A stretch of 60,226 nucleotides of DNA, counting the filler, from Catajapyx aquilonaris (taxonomy: Eukaryota): the NCBI GenBank assembly GCA_000934665.2. It is 2 parts of 2 records of this genome, joined end to end, with 100 filler letters (N's around TTAATTAATTAA, not from the genome) between each part and the next. Parts side by side here need not be neighbours in the genome. Positions count along the whole stretch, not along the records: positions 1 to 30,038 come from JYFJ02004704.1; positions 30,139 to 60,226 come from JYFJ02004705.1. One strand, written 5' to 3'. The notes below the pieces were generated by a model. That model was not told the DNA's origin. It did no database searches and was given only the letters and a program-made list of their open reading frames with translations. How positions within the stretch are numbered: the stretch's first letter is position 1; every line of letters starts with the position of its first letter. The position numbers were made by a program, and so were the translations under genes. Below are positions 23,101 to 32,964 of this stretch, piece by piece.

Positions 23101-26100
23101 GCTACATTCATCTAAACTTGTGTGATCTTGAACCCCACAAAATTTCGCATGCGGCGGGCTTATGGGGGAACCACTGCTCGACATCATGTATAGGAAAATA
23201 TGATGTCAACTTCTCACCCTACAGTACCTAAGTACAGTAAAACCTTGATATAACGCTCCCGTATATAACACTTTCCCACCTTTAACACCCCTTTTTCCCG
23301 GTCCCTTGACCATTTCCATTAGGTACATTTTCCCGCATATAACGCTACTTTTGTGTGGTCCCTTGAAGCGCATTATATCGAGGTTTTACTATAATTTCAA
23401 AATAAATCAAGCAAGTGCCCACGGACTAATCCAACTCACCTTGATTCTCCCACCTGACAACGTCTCTGAAAGCCTGAGCCTTGCATCAACCATTCTCTTC
23501 ATATCCCTCTGCAATCTCCTTCCAAAATCCCTGAACATGGTAGAACCTCCAGACAGCACCACATTCTTGTAAAGTGGGCGCCGGACATCAATGGGGCAAT
23601 TCTGGATCACATTGTCCACTATTTCTGATAGTGGAGTGGTGAAGTCAGCATTGGCAAATTCAGGATGAAAAAATATCTCTGGTCCCAGGAAGCGCTCATA
23701 GCCCACATCCACTTGAAAGGGCTGACGGGTAACCAGGTTAGTTGATTCAAACTTCTTAATCCACTTGGCTGGATCAGAATCATACTTGGCAAACTCTTTT
23801 GCTATGTCTGGACAAATGTAGCAGAAGCGCTCTTTGATCGCCTTCGCGGTCTCCAAGGACTGCTCTGGAGGAATACCAACTTCACGTTCACGAAGAAGAG
23901 ACTGACAAGAGATACATTGAACATTTGTGAGACACACAGTACATGATATATACAGTCAATTCCAGATATAATAGAGTAAGAATTTATTTCCATATAGATT
24001 TAAGTTATAATGTAGTGTTCTACAGTAGTTTAGGTTGAACTTCACTGCCTGATAGTAATCAGAGCATTCTTGTATCTTATGGCCCAAGATTCCTTCAAAA
24101 ACCCCAAAATTTGTTTTAAGAAACCTTACCTGAATGAAGTAAGTGATATTCCTGCCAGCAATGGGTATGTGTTTGATGCATGATCCAATGACATAACCTT
24201 CCGCAACCGGGATGACATGAGTGACACCATCCCCAGAATCTATAACGATTCCTGTGAGTGTCCGCTGTCCTAAGGACCTGGATGTCCAGCTGGCAGCCAG
24301 AGCCAGAACTGCTTGCACAGCTATGTACAACCCAGGAACATTGAACGACTCAAACATGATCTCTGCTGTGTACTCCCTATTGGTTGGAAAAGAAATGCAA
24401 TACATTAAATGACAGCCATGAAAAATGGAACCTCGTCACATTATTTAAGATACAATAAATATTCCACTTTAGACTGAAATTATTATTTCCAAGCTAATTG
24501 ATCTACATTTCTACCAGAAGGAGGACTTCAGTCTCAGATTGTCAAGCTTCAGAATTATTCTAAATACTTTTTCAAGGTGAACTACCTCCTGGAAGGGATA
24601 GTTTTGTGAGGCTGACCTGACCTTTTTTTTCATGCCTGTTGCACAAGTTGCCCACTTTTCAGAGGTTGCCAAAAAGAAAATGATGCAAGGGGTAGCATGA
24701 TGAATGATTGATGACAGATGGATTGTTAGGATCACACACTAGTCTATGCATCCTGGTATGAGGGGATTCGAGAGGGAAAAGTTGTCTGTGAATCCACTCA
24801 AAAAAGCATACAGCACATGCACCAGGAGCACACTTAAATTTCTAACATGGTTCAACCTGGGGGAAACCTGAACACTCAGGCAGGGGCCAGGCAACTTCTC
24901 TCCTCTCGAATCCCCTCGTTTGCCCCAGCCCTGAGGGCCGGCGCAAATGAGGAAATTTGGGAGCAACTTATTGCCTGCCCATCCACCCAGGACAGCACAG
25001 CGCATGCGCTCTCATGGGGCAGTGAGCGAGTGCAGATTTCTTACAGCCAAGAAATTTGGAGCTGATCTGGGCGTGCTGGCATAGGCTGGGTTGGGCCGCG
25101 ACACTTGTACCTTCTAACGGGCAACATGAATACTTGGATATGTGCGTGCAAGTTGCCGCCCTCCCACATTTCCTCATTGGCAGCGGGCCTTAATGGCAAT
25201 GTTGGGACACCACATTAGTATCAATTATCAAGTGGTTGACAAACATTGTGTATAATTTTTACTCCCTACATCTGTTCTTGTCAACCTTGTGCTCATATCG
25301 CCATATATTACAGCAATTTGTAAAAAGAAAACAAATAATAGTTATTTTCATTGGTATCAGTTATTTACACAACAGTGACAAGGCAAATTGTGTCACAATT
25401 TAAAAAGAGCTGCTATATTCACAGTAAAACTACCCTTAGTAAAAAGTGGCTAAATGTCATCTTCCAATATCGCCCTAGACCTAGTAGAGCAAGCGGAAAA
25501 TGTTGTATCACATACATGTGACAATCTGCAACTTCAGTGGGTATTGCACTTATCAACCTGTCACTGCAAAAATCAGTAAGCAGCAAAATGTTGCAGTCAT
25601 AGGGTAGGTTGCTAGGGAGAGAGATATGTTTGCTATGGCTAAAATGTCACACTATCAAGTTTTCAACCTCAAAATAATACTTGGCCTAACGTCTCAGCTC
25701 TACCCTGAGGTGGAATAGTTTCGCTTACTAGTAAAGAAGGCATGACTTTGGCAATCGCTGCAGGGTAAGATTCGAAACATTGTGTAACAAAGTAGTTATG
25801 TAGTAATGGACATTGTTACATTAATTTCATTTCTAATCATTGCCGAAAATATGCCAGACCAGCAGATTTGGGGAAAAAAACCAAGACTTTTTTTAGACTA
25901 TGCATCCTGAGCAACTAATGTTATCACGCAACACCCTTATCACTCAAGATTTACTTGGCACTGTGGCAGTCCCAATATTGGGTACACCTTATGGCAAACA
26001 AACATGCCCATTGAGTGCCTGTATCCCTCTTGTCATTTTGAAAAACGTAAGAGAAAGAGAGAGAGGTGATCAGTCCCTGTTTTCTGGTGTGTTGAGGGGT

Positions 26101-26444
26101 GGCTCGGTGAGGAGGAAGTAGTGGTCCTCCGGCTCTGCCCTCAAGTACTTGAAGATGGACTGCTCGAGGAACCTCTCCATGAGATCCCAGTCCTCGACGA
26201 GCCCATGCCTGACGGGGTACTTGACGGCATACCCTGTGGCCTCGAAGGCCTCGTCCCCGATGAAGAAGTCCAGGTCTTCAACTCCCTTGGTGAGGCGTCG
26301 GATGGACTGGTCTCCCACCTTGGCACTTTCCTTGATGGCAATGGTGGAAGGGATGATAAACTGAGGCTCCTTGTTGCCTGCGAACCCAAGCTTCGTGTAC
26401 CCGGTGCCCACGTCGATCACACAAGCCGGCAGCCGACCCGTCAT
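17129..26444 (-). CDS. Arp3: Actin-related protein 3 (Arp2/3 complex)
   Basis: Exons 26077-26444, 24130-24376, 23440-23901, 21457-21540 and 17129-17224 sum to 1257 nt (418 aa plus stop). Motifs [41 protein letters not shown] and C-terminal [11 protein letters not shown]. All introns are GT-AG except intron 1, whose donor reads GG. Confidence 0.96.
17364..17889 (-). mobile_element. pogo/Tigger-like MITE, truncated inverted copy of 19956-20560
   Basis: About 520 bp match the reverse complement of 20020-20560 (e.g. gagcttggttggtcac, cctttcgtcgctggatataaaggtaggcttc). Confidence 0.8.
17897..18688. mobile_element. Tc1/mariner-type foldback MITE (TA|CAGGGTG), right TIR truncated
   Basis: Begins TA-CAGGGTG. 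The left arm (about 17945-18115) is inverted relative to about 18475-18688. A second copy begins at 29925. Confidence 0.75.
18142..18431. mobile_element. hAT-like MITE nested in the mariner-type foldback
   Basis: TIRs CAAAGAGTTCTGCTATAT / ATATAGCAGAACTCTTTG; perfect 8-bp TSD GGTACGCC at 18134-18141 and 18432-18439; inner IR CCTAGAGGAGGTACTC; internal direct repeat CCGCCATCTTGTTGGAGGTCATATTGTTG twice. Confidence 0.82.
19029..19393 (+). mobile_element. tRNA-derived SINE family B, copy 1
   Basis: A box TGGCCGAGATGG, B box GGTTCGATCCC and A/T-rich tail. TSD TTTTC(A/G)AATGTAAT at 19015-19028 and 19394-19407. Body shared with 34174-34417. Confidence 0.85.
19956..20560 (+). mobile_element. pogo/Tigger-like MITE
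   Basis: Termini (T)AGTAAAACTT...AAGTTTTACTG|TA, with subterminal repeats of the ttcgagttatag / cgacttaggga type. Confidence 0.75.
20916..21300. mobile_element. Helentron/DINE-1-like (HINE) ends in inverted arrangement
   Basis: Both ends read TTTTAGAC...AAAAGTCTTATAG followed by a (GTCT/GTCC)n microsatellite. There is an inner inverted CTATAAGACT repeat and a G-rich purine interior. Confidence 0.55.
22918..23176. mobile_element. hAT-like MITE
   Basis: TIRs CAGTGGTTCCC / GGGAACCACTG; 8-bp TSD CTCTACAT / CTCGACAT. Confidence 0.8.
23235..23391. mobile_element. Small pogo/Tigger-like MITE
   Basis: TA|CAGTAAAACCTTGATATAA...TTATATCGAGGTTTTACT; related copy at 48246-48345. Confidence 0.8.
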
Positions 26445-26885
26445 GATGATTGCTGCCCTGCCTACAACCAACCGATGCAACACTCAACCTGGGTCTACAC
26501 CCTCGAGCCACTTGAGCTCTGGTGGTTCCTTCCTTCCTGCCTCCTTCCTTCACCAGTTGACCGGGGACTTCTCAACCGCAGGCAGGCAGCAGAAAGTGAC
26601 TCATGGCTGCCTGCTGGAAGCCTGCTCTGGGGCGTGGCACTCCGCCATCTTGGGACTCCCAGCCAACCAAAGATGGATGCGTATGTCACGTGGGGGAAGG
26701 ACGACAAGCATGTCGTCCACCTACAATCGGATTAAAAGTATGCAGCTAGCCGCACCCTAAAGTGACACAAGGCGGTGATAAAATGACACCTGTTCAAGGC
26801 AATGCATTTCAACAATCGTTGTCTGTGGAAGCCGGCAGACGGATGCCATGCTGAAGCTTTTGACCTATCACAAGCGAGGACAAGG

Positions 26886-26895
26886 GTCACGTGAT
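26886..26895. promoter_or_regulatory. E-box GTCACGTGAT in the Arp3 upstream region
   Basis: Motif about 440 bp upstream of the Arp3 ATG in a GC-rich region; a second GTCACGTG near 26685. Confidence 0.35.
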
Positions 26896-27611
26896 ATCAG
26901 AACTCCGAAAATGCGACACTTGTCGTCGCAGCGCGATAGAAGAGGACCGATGTTTTTTTTTGTTTTGTTTTAAAAAAGAGGCGGCCACACCCTGCCGTGC
27001 GGCTACAGTATGACAGACATGCACTTTTAATGAGATTTTTAGCCTGGTTTTGCAGCTGCGAACTTCCTGTGCACAGCGAATTGAGGATTGGATTCAACTC
27101 GAATGGGTCACATGGGATGCCTGCTGACTGCTGAGTGCTTCGTAGATTATTCGTGGTTATCGAGCGCTGCCATTATGCATCTCTATCATATCGCAGCCGC
27201 TGTAGGTTTGACAGGAAAACGTGATTTCAAAAGCGTGCGCCGTGATACGGCTCGTGTGTGATTTCAAATTTAAAGCAGGAAATTAGCCCGATTGCAATGT
27301 GGGAATGTGTTTGTTTTAAATAGAGCTGGCCGTAGTTTTAGAGATGAAGATATGTTACATTCCCCCTATGTATTTGGATGAATGAAAATGGGACTAATAA
27401 TTGCACCATTGCGTTGTTTTGTGCGAGATGAACCGGTCATATGCTACTAGCCAGAATGACGACAATTATTCGTTTTACGTATACAGTACAGTACAGTAGG
27501 CTACCTTGATCAGCAGTAATTCGAGATAAGCAAGTGACATTGTAAAGTCACGTCTAATTTTGCTGTCAGAGAGTCTCTGCGATGAAAGGAGGGAAACGCT
27601 TTCCCTTTTTC

Positions 27612-27699
27612 CCCGTTGAAATATTGAGGGAATTGACGAATTGTAGTGACACAATATTGTGTCACTACAATTCGTCAATTCCCTCAATATTTCAACGGG
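27612..27699. repeat. Perfect 88-bp palindrome with no spacer
   Basis: CCCGTTGAAATATTGAGGGAATTGACGAATTGTAGTGACACAAT|ATTGTGTCACTACAATTCGTCAATTCCCTCAATATTTCAACGGG. Confidence 0.95.
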
Positions 27700-28830
27700 C
27701 AGACTAGTAGACCTATATCAAGCACCTCACACCCGTATGCATCGTACTCCATGACCTCATTGCAATATCTGACTAATTTCCTGCTTTAAACAATTACCAA
27801 AATGGGTAAGCTACCCCAAAAATATAGCAGTCTAGGGGCCTAAAAGTATGTTAATTTTATGACTCATGTATAGGCTATATAGCACAGTACTGTACACCTA
27901 TGACGCGTATGAGCAGTAGTCACCTGATATGAGCATACGTGAGACTAAATAGATCGCGTGACGTTACTTTGACAAATGCAATGTACGAGTAAAAACTGTT
28001 ATTAATGGAATCCCCTCTGACTTTGATTGATATTGCGGAACCTCTGCTGTGCTCCTGCTGCGATACACATGGTAAGTAATTTCTGCTGCTGGGCTGTGTA
28101 CACTACACCGCATCGTGAAATGTATCTTGTCCCCAAAGTTTAGGCAATCAACCGTACTTTGAAACAACCAGAGTCAAATAGAGGACAATATGTATCTGTA
28201 AAACTGAGTTTCATTGTAGTCATTGTGGGGTCAGTACCAATGCCCCGATTCAGGTATTAGCCTATAAAATTTGTCGTTCACAATGGATGAAGTTTATAAA
28301 GCACCGAATCAAAGACTAGGCGGCCAAAACAAAAACAGAACTTTATTGACGAATAACCTAATCAGGAATTCACTGCCCCGCACCTTAGTCAGATATTAAC
28401 GGGGTTATTCCAGACCATGTAGGTCCTTAAACCCCCACTGCCCCGCACCAAAGAACTAACGTGGAATTCCGAAATTTTCTTGGGGAGAGTAATTTTAAGG
28501 TCATGCCACAATATTCACCACAGCTGCACGTTGGCTGGGAGCCTTAACAAAGTTGTTCATCAAGTTCCATTCAGACAATATGCGAAAATTGTGACAAGCA
28601 TCGTTATTCTGACCACAGGCGCCAGTTCAGAGATGCATGCATCAAAGGCACAGAAGTCTACGAAAGAACAATATACAATCAACCAATCAATGTACGGTAT
28701 CACGATTTTTCCCCATAAAATGGGTTGGCAGCGATGCAGGAAACCCAGGTCAATAATAAAGCATGCATAAAACATGACACTCGCAAAAAAAAAAACGTCC
28801 CTCATTCAATGAAATAAGATACGATATTAA

Positions 28831-29113
28831 CCCTGGAACCGTGACGCGGGGTCTTTTAGGACCCCAAAAGAATTTAAATGCATTAAAATGATAATTACAA
28901 TGAACTTTTGCCATTTTCAAAAAGAATATAGCAGGAAGTGCATGTTTATTTTGAATTAGCGATCATTTTAGGCATTGTTCAAAGAATGATTGCATATAGT
29001 CAATACATTGAAAAGTATTATATAAAATTAATAAAAATTAAAATATGGATGGGATCCTAAAAGTGGACCCCACGTCACCGTTGCCGTCTTTCAGGCACGT
29101 CACGGTTCCAGGG
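28831..29113. mobile_element. piggyBac-like MITE
   Basis: TTAA|CCCTGGAACCGTGACG ... CGTCACGGTTCCAGGG|TTAA: TTAA TSD, CCC/GGG ends and 16-bp TIRs. Confidence 0.88.
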
Positions 29114-29365
29114 TTAATACCATTACGTAATAACAAAACACGACAATTATTAGGCAAAGTCACTACGGTAATACTAGCCCGTATAACCTTCCACTAATTT
29201 TATCTGTTCATCCTTAACCTAATCATAAATAACCAAATCACTAACCTCAGTCTAAATGATAATTACACAGTTATACATGGAGAACCACCTTTTGGCAAAT
29301 GGTTGCCTAAGATCACATAATTCAGTGCAATATTATGCAAAAATATCCTTAGCGTCAATAAGTAC

Positions 29366-29586
29366 TGTACACCCGCGAGCATATAGATGGAGACGGCAGG
29401 CCCTCACCTTCGGCAGGCTGCTCTGCCAATCTCAGCAATTACAGTATCAAATATACTGTCATAAATACATGAACACAAGCCTGAAGCAGCTAACTCGGTC
29501 CAAAAATAGTTCATTAATTTGAGTCGGTTAAAGAAAGGTCAAAAAAGGGCCTGCCGTCTCTATATCTTTATGCTCGCGGGGGTACA
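29366..29586. mobile_element. Unclassified MITE
   Basis: Inverted repeats CCCGCGAGCATA...GAGACGGCAGGCCCT and AGGGCCTGCCGTCTC...TATGCTCGCGGG. Confidence 0.6.
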
Positions 29587-29647
29587 TGGACACTGGACAG
29601 CTCCGACCTGCAGGAGCATTTGATAGGTGCTCTAAATCTCTCATTTA

Positions 29648-29865
29648 GGGGAGGCGGAATGGTGCTGCGGTGACGTATACGCCCACGGATGTTAAGGTCC
29701 CGGGTTCGATCCCAGCCCGGGGTTCTCTCCTTCATTTCGTGCAGAGTTAGGCCATCTCTGGCTTCGTCTCGGGTGGGAATTTCAATCCACCCGGGGAAGT
29801 TCACAAAATGACCAATCAACGACATTGCACTTGCACTTTGCGCATCCCCTCCTACTTACCCTTGG
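29648..29865 (+). mobile_element. tRNA-derived SINE family C, 3'-interrupted copy
   Basis: GGGGAGG start and B box GGTTCGATCCC; body nearly identical to 47481-47700; followed by a TA-rich microsatellite and a mariner-type MITE. Confidence 0.8.
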
Positions 29866-29924
29866 AACAAGTAACATATATACATAATTATATACATACA
29901 TATATATATATATATACATATATA

Positions 29925-30038
29925 CAGGGTGTTTATTGTAACTCTGCAAAGACTTTCAGGGGTAATAGAGGGGACCAAGACAAGTATTTTTGACATAGGA
30001 ACCCGTGTCCGGAAATGCCATCTAGAGGGGGTTCATAG
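29925..30038. mobile_element. Left end of the mariner-type MITE seen at 17897, cut by the gap
   Basis: CAGGGTGTTTATTGTAACTCTGCAAAGACTTTCAGGGG is identical to 17897 onward. Confidence 0.85.
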
Positions 30039-30138
30039 NNNNNNNNNNNNNNNNNNNNNNNNNNNNNNNNNNNNNNNNNNNNTTAATTAATTAANNNNNN
30101 NNNNNNNNNNNNNNNNNNNNNNNNNNNNNNNNNNNNNN
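30039..30138. other. Assembly gap: 44 N + TTAATTAATTAA + 44 N
   Basis: Exactly 100 nt and symmetric; the 12-mer places stop codons in all six frames, as an artificial linker would. Confidence 0.92.
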
Positions 30139-31069
30139 CTGTCTGTTTTTTAGGTCCGAGATTGGGGAAATTCCGCAATTTGCGGATTTCAAGGCCAAAT
30201 ATCTCGAAAATTGTTATTTCAAATTATTTTGAAATTTTGGTGATTCAAGTACTTAGCAAAATCCAGTGAATTTCATCTTGAGGGTTATACACTTTCTATG
30301 CCGCTCCAAGGTGAATCGGCCGATGCCCAGACAAGTAGGCCTAAGGGTGAAAGTCGCCTGTAGATCCTGCACAGATCCCCCCAGTCCTAGGGGGGAAGGG
30401 TGCACGCGACTTTCGCCTTACTGGTCTCGAGCATCGGGCGATTCATCTTGGGGCGGAACATGAACGGTGACGCCATAAAGTCTTGCATAAAGTACATATT
30501 TTCACACGCATCAAAATTTTATCGAGGAGAAAATTATCTTGACTCTAGGGCAGCAAATTTTGCCACCCTAGGCACGTGCCTACTTGGCCTAATTGGTAAT
30601 ATGTCACTGCCAACAGCTCTACAGTCCTCACACAAAAGAAAGATCTGATGTCACACCAGCCATGTTTTGTGAGCATGTGCTTGCAGAGCGATTCAGGGAT
30701 ATGAGAGGAGAGATTCAGAGGAGCGATTCATGGACATGAGAGGAGGGAAGAGCTAGGTGGCCTGAACATGATGTCAGATTGTTCTTTGATTTAACAGACT
30801 GTACCATTTACATCCATAAATAACATACATCAGAAATGAATAGCAATTACCTTGACTACCAGTTATTCAGGAACAATTACAAGGGCAAATTCACCAGATA
30901 CCATGCAGTCATGTGCAGTACATGCATGCACAGGGTGGTGCATTGCCCAAGTTTCCAGTTCCCACGGGGATTAGGAAGACAATTGTTTACCCCCCCCCCC
31001 CCCCCCCCNCAGCACACGCATGCCGTTACTCAGGTCCCTTCCGGCAGCCTGGAAGTCGAGGCAACCTAC

Positions 31070-31293
31070 CTTCATCCGAAACCACTCTTTCATCTGCTTG
31101 AAGTACCTGAAACGACATGTGTTTTGCATCAGCAAGTTTCCAAGACCGCATGATTTGGCTTCTAAACAACGGTTATTGCATGCTCCGAGGAGCAAACTCA
31201 CTCCTTGACCGCATCACCCAAGGCCTCGACCAGCCTCTTCTTGGTCAGTTTGAGTTCAGAGTCGACTTCCAGCATCAGATTGTGGCTCGCCAT
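31070..31293 (-). CDS. TADA1: Transcriptional adaptor 1 (SAGA Ada1), first two exons only
   Basis: Exon 31202-31293 (GA|gtgagt) plus exon 31070-31106 (ttcag|G...AAG|gtaggt) encode MASHNLMLEVDSELKLTKKRLVEALGDAVKEYFKQMKEWFRMK. This matches the TADA1 N-terminal pattern SELxxAKKxLxEALGDxVKxYxxxLKxWFxxK. The remaining exons were not found. Confidence 0.8.
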
Positions 31294-32037
31294 CTTGGAA
31301 AAGACATTCGCAAGGCGCGTTCGGGTGGCTGCTATTATGAAAAGTTAGTTCATTTCCCGAGAGGGACGCTGTCATTGTGATCTATGACCGTATTTATAAA
31401 ATACAGTGCTTTTAACAAAAATTACGAGATTAAATAGCTTGACAGGCTGTGCAAGTCAATGCAATGAAGGGGCTACCTGGGATATTTTAAGATGGACTGC
31501 TGGCCACATGTGCTTCCGACAATGGAAGGGAAGCTCGATGTACTTACATTTCGAAATGGAACATGTTAGCCCATTGGCCAGTTTAATTTTTATTGGATAG
31601 ATCACTTGCAAATCATCCCTATCACACATCATATCATCACAACCTCATGCCTTCAAGTGAAAAAAAAAGTCAAGAGGTCAGGTTACAGATATTTACACGA
31701 AATGATGAAGACCAGCTACCCTTAAAAAAAATTATTCATTTCCAAGTTGTACATTGCATATTGTGAGCATGCTATAATTAAAACCCATAGTGAAAATACA
31801 GCACTGTACATTATTATTTAATCCTTCTTGAGATGTTAACATTGTCATGACTCATGAGATTAATAGATTTTGCATCATTTTACCTTGAATATACATCATA
31901 CATGTTGTTGCCTTCCAATTTATGTCATTTTTTTTGGAATGATGGAATCCACAGTAGTATTGATTGTAAACACATGGTATGTATGTACAAAAAATATACA
32001 GCCCTTATCCCCCCAGCCCCCCAATCACACAAATGTA

Positions 32038-32754
32038 GGAGGGTGTCTGGAAAGTAAGGTAAAGCCATTTTTTATTTTGGAAAGTTTCAATGACAGAACC
32101 ACAACTTACACGTACTGGAGATGTGGTGAATGTCATTACTCGATATAATCCCCGAGTTGGTTCAAGCACTTGCCTGACTGTTACACCGAGTCTTCTATAC
32201 CCCCTGCCTAGAATTTTGGGTCAAGCGAAAGTAACCAACTTCACATCCTCGTCACTGGCAAACCATCTTCACGTCAGAAGACGTTTCAGGGAGCCGAAAA
32301 GGAAGGGGTGAGACGGGGTCCATGATTTCTCACTGTATCGAAGCACCCATTCTTTGGATGCACAATGTCACAGTAGAGACCATGATGGTTTCCATGGTTT
32401 GGAAGAATCCTTCTCTCCAGCCAAAAAAATGTCAAGACCAGGTCTTCTGTGAGGAAAGTAATGGCGACTTGGTCAGCTGAAACGTCACTGGTTGGGAAGA
32501 GAGTTTGCCAGTGACAAGGAGATGAAGTTAGAGGTTACTGACTGGTTTCCTTCACTTGACCCGAAATTTCAGGTGAGGGGTTTAGAAGACTTGGTGTAAT
32601 GGTCGGACCGGGTCGGACATGTGCTTGAACCGACTCTGGGATTATATCAAGTAATGACATTCACCATATCTTCAATATATGCAAGTTATGTGCTTCTGCC
32701 ATTAAAACTTTCCAAGATAAAAAATGTTGTACTTTACTTTCCAGACATCCCTCG
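32038..32754. mobile_element. mariner-derived MITE with about 250-bp imperfect TIRs
   Basis: TA|GGAGGGTGTCTGGAAAGTAA ... TTACTTTCCAGACATCCCTCG|TA. The interior near 32390-32470 encodes a degenerate SMVWKNP..PKK..S.RKVMAT, like the mariner SxxWxxPxSPxPKKxxxxxSAGKVM motif. Confidence 0.8.
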
Positions 32755-32964
32755 TAGTATCAGAGTATTAATTTTTGTTGATGAATAACATAACCTAAAA
32801 AGAAACTGTGTTAGCTATAATGTCTTTCAACAGTGTGTCCATGGCACTTTGCAGTTGCAAGTCTGAATTCTCTAGGGTAAAAGAGAAATCCAACAAAAGG
32901 CAATTGCGATGATTCACAATTGCGTCAAAATATTTAAGCGATGATTTCCCATCCTTCTTTGCAA

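Noticed and set aside
26121..26735. 204-aa plus-strand ORF
   Set aside because: Antisense to the GC-rich Arp3 exon 1; no independent evidence.
27960..28700. Isolated splice-like signals (CATG|GTAAGT at 28072; TTCGTAG on minus near 28658) as possible TADA1 or lncRNA exons
   Set aside because: Translations show no TADA1 similarity and no coherent exon chain.
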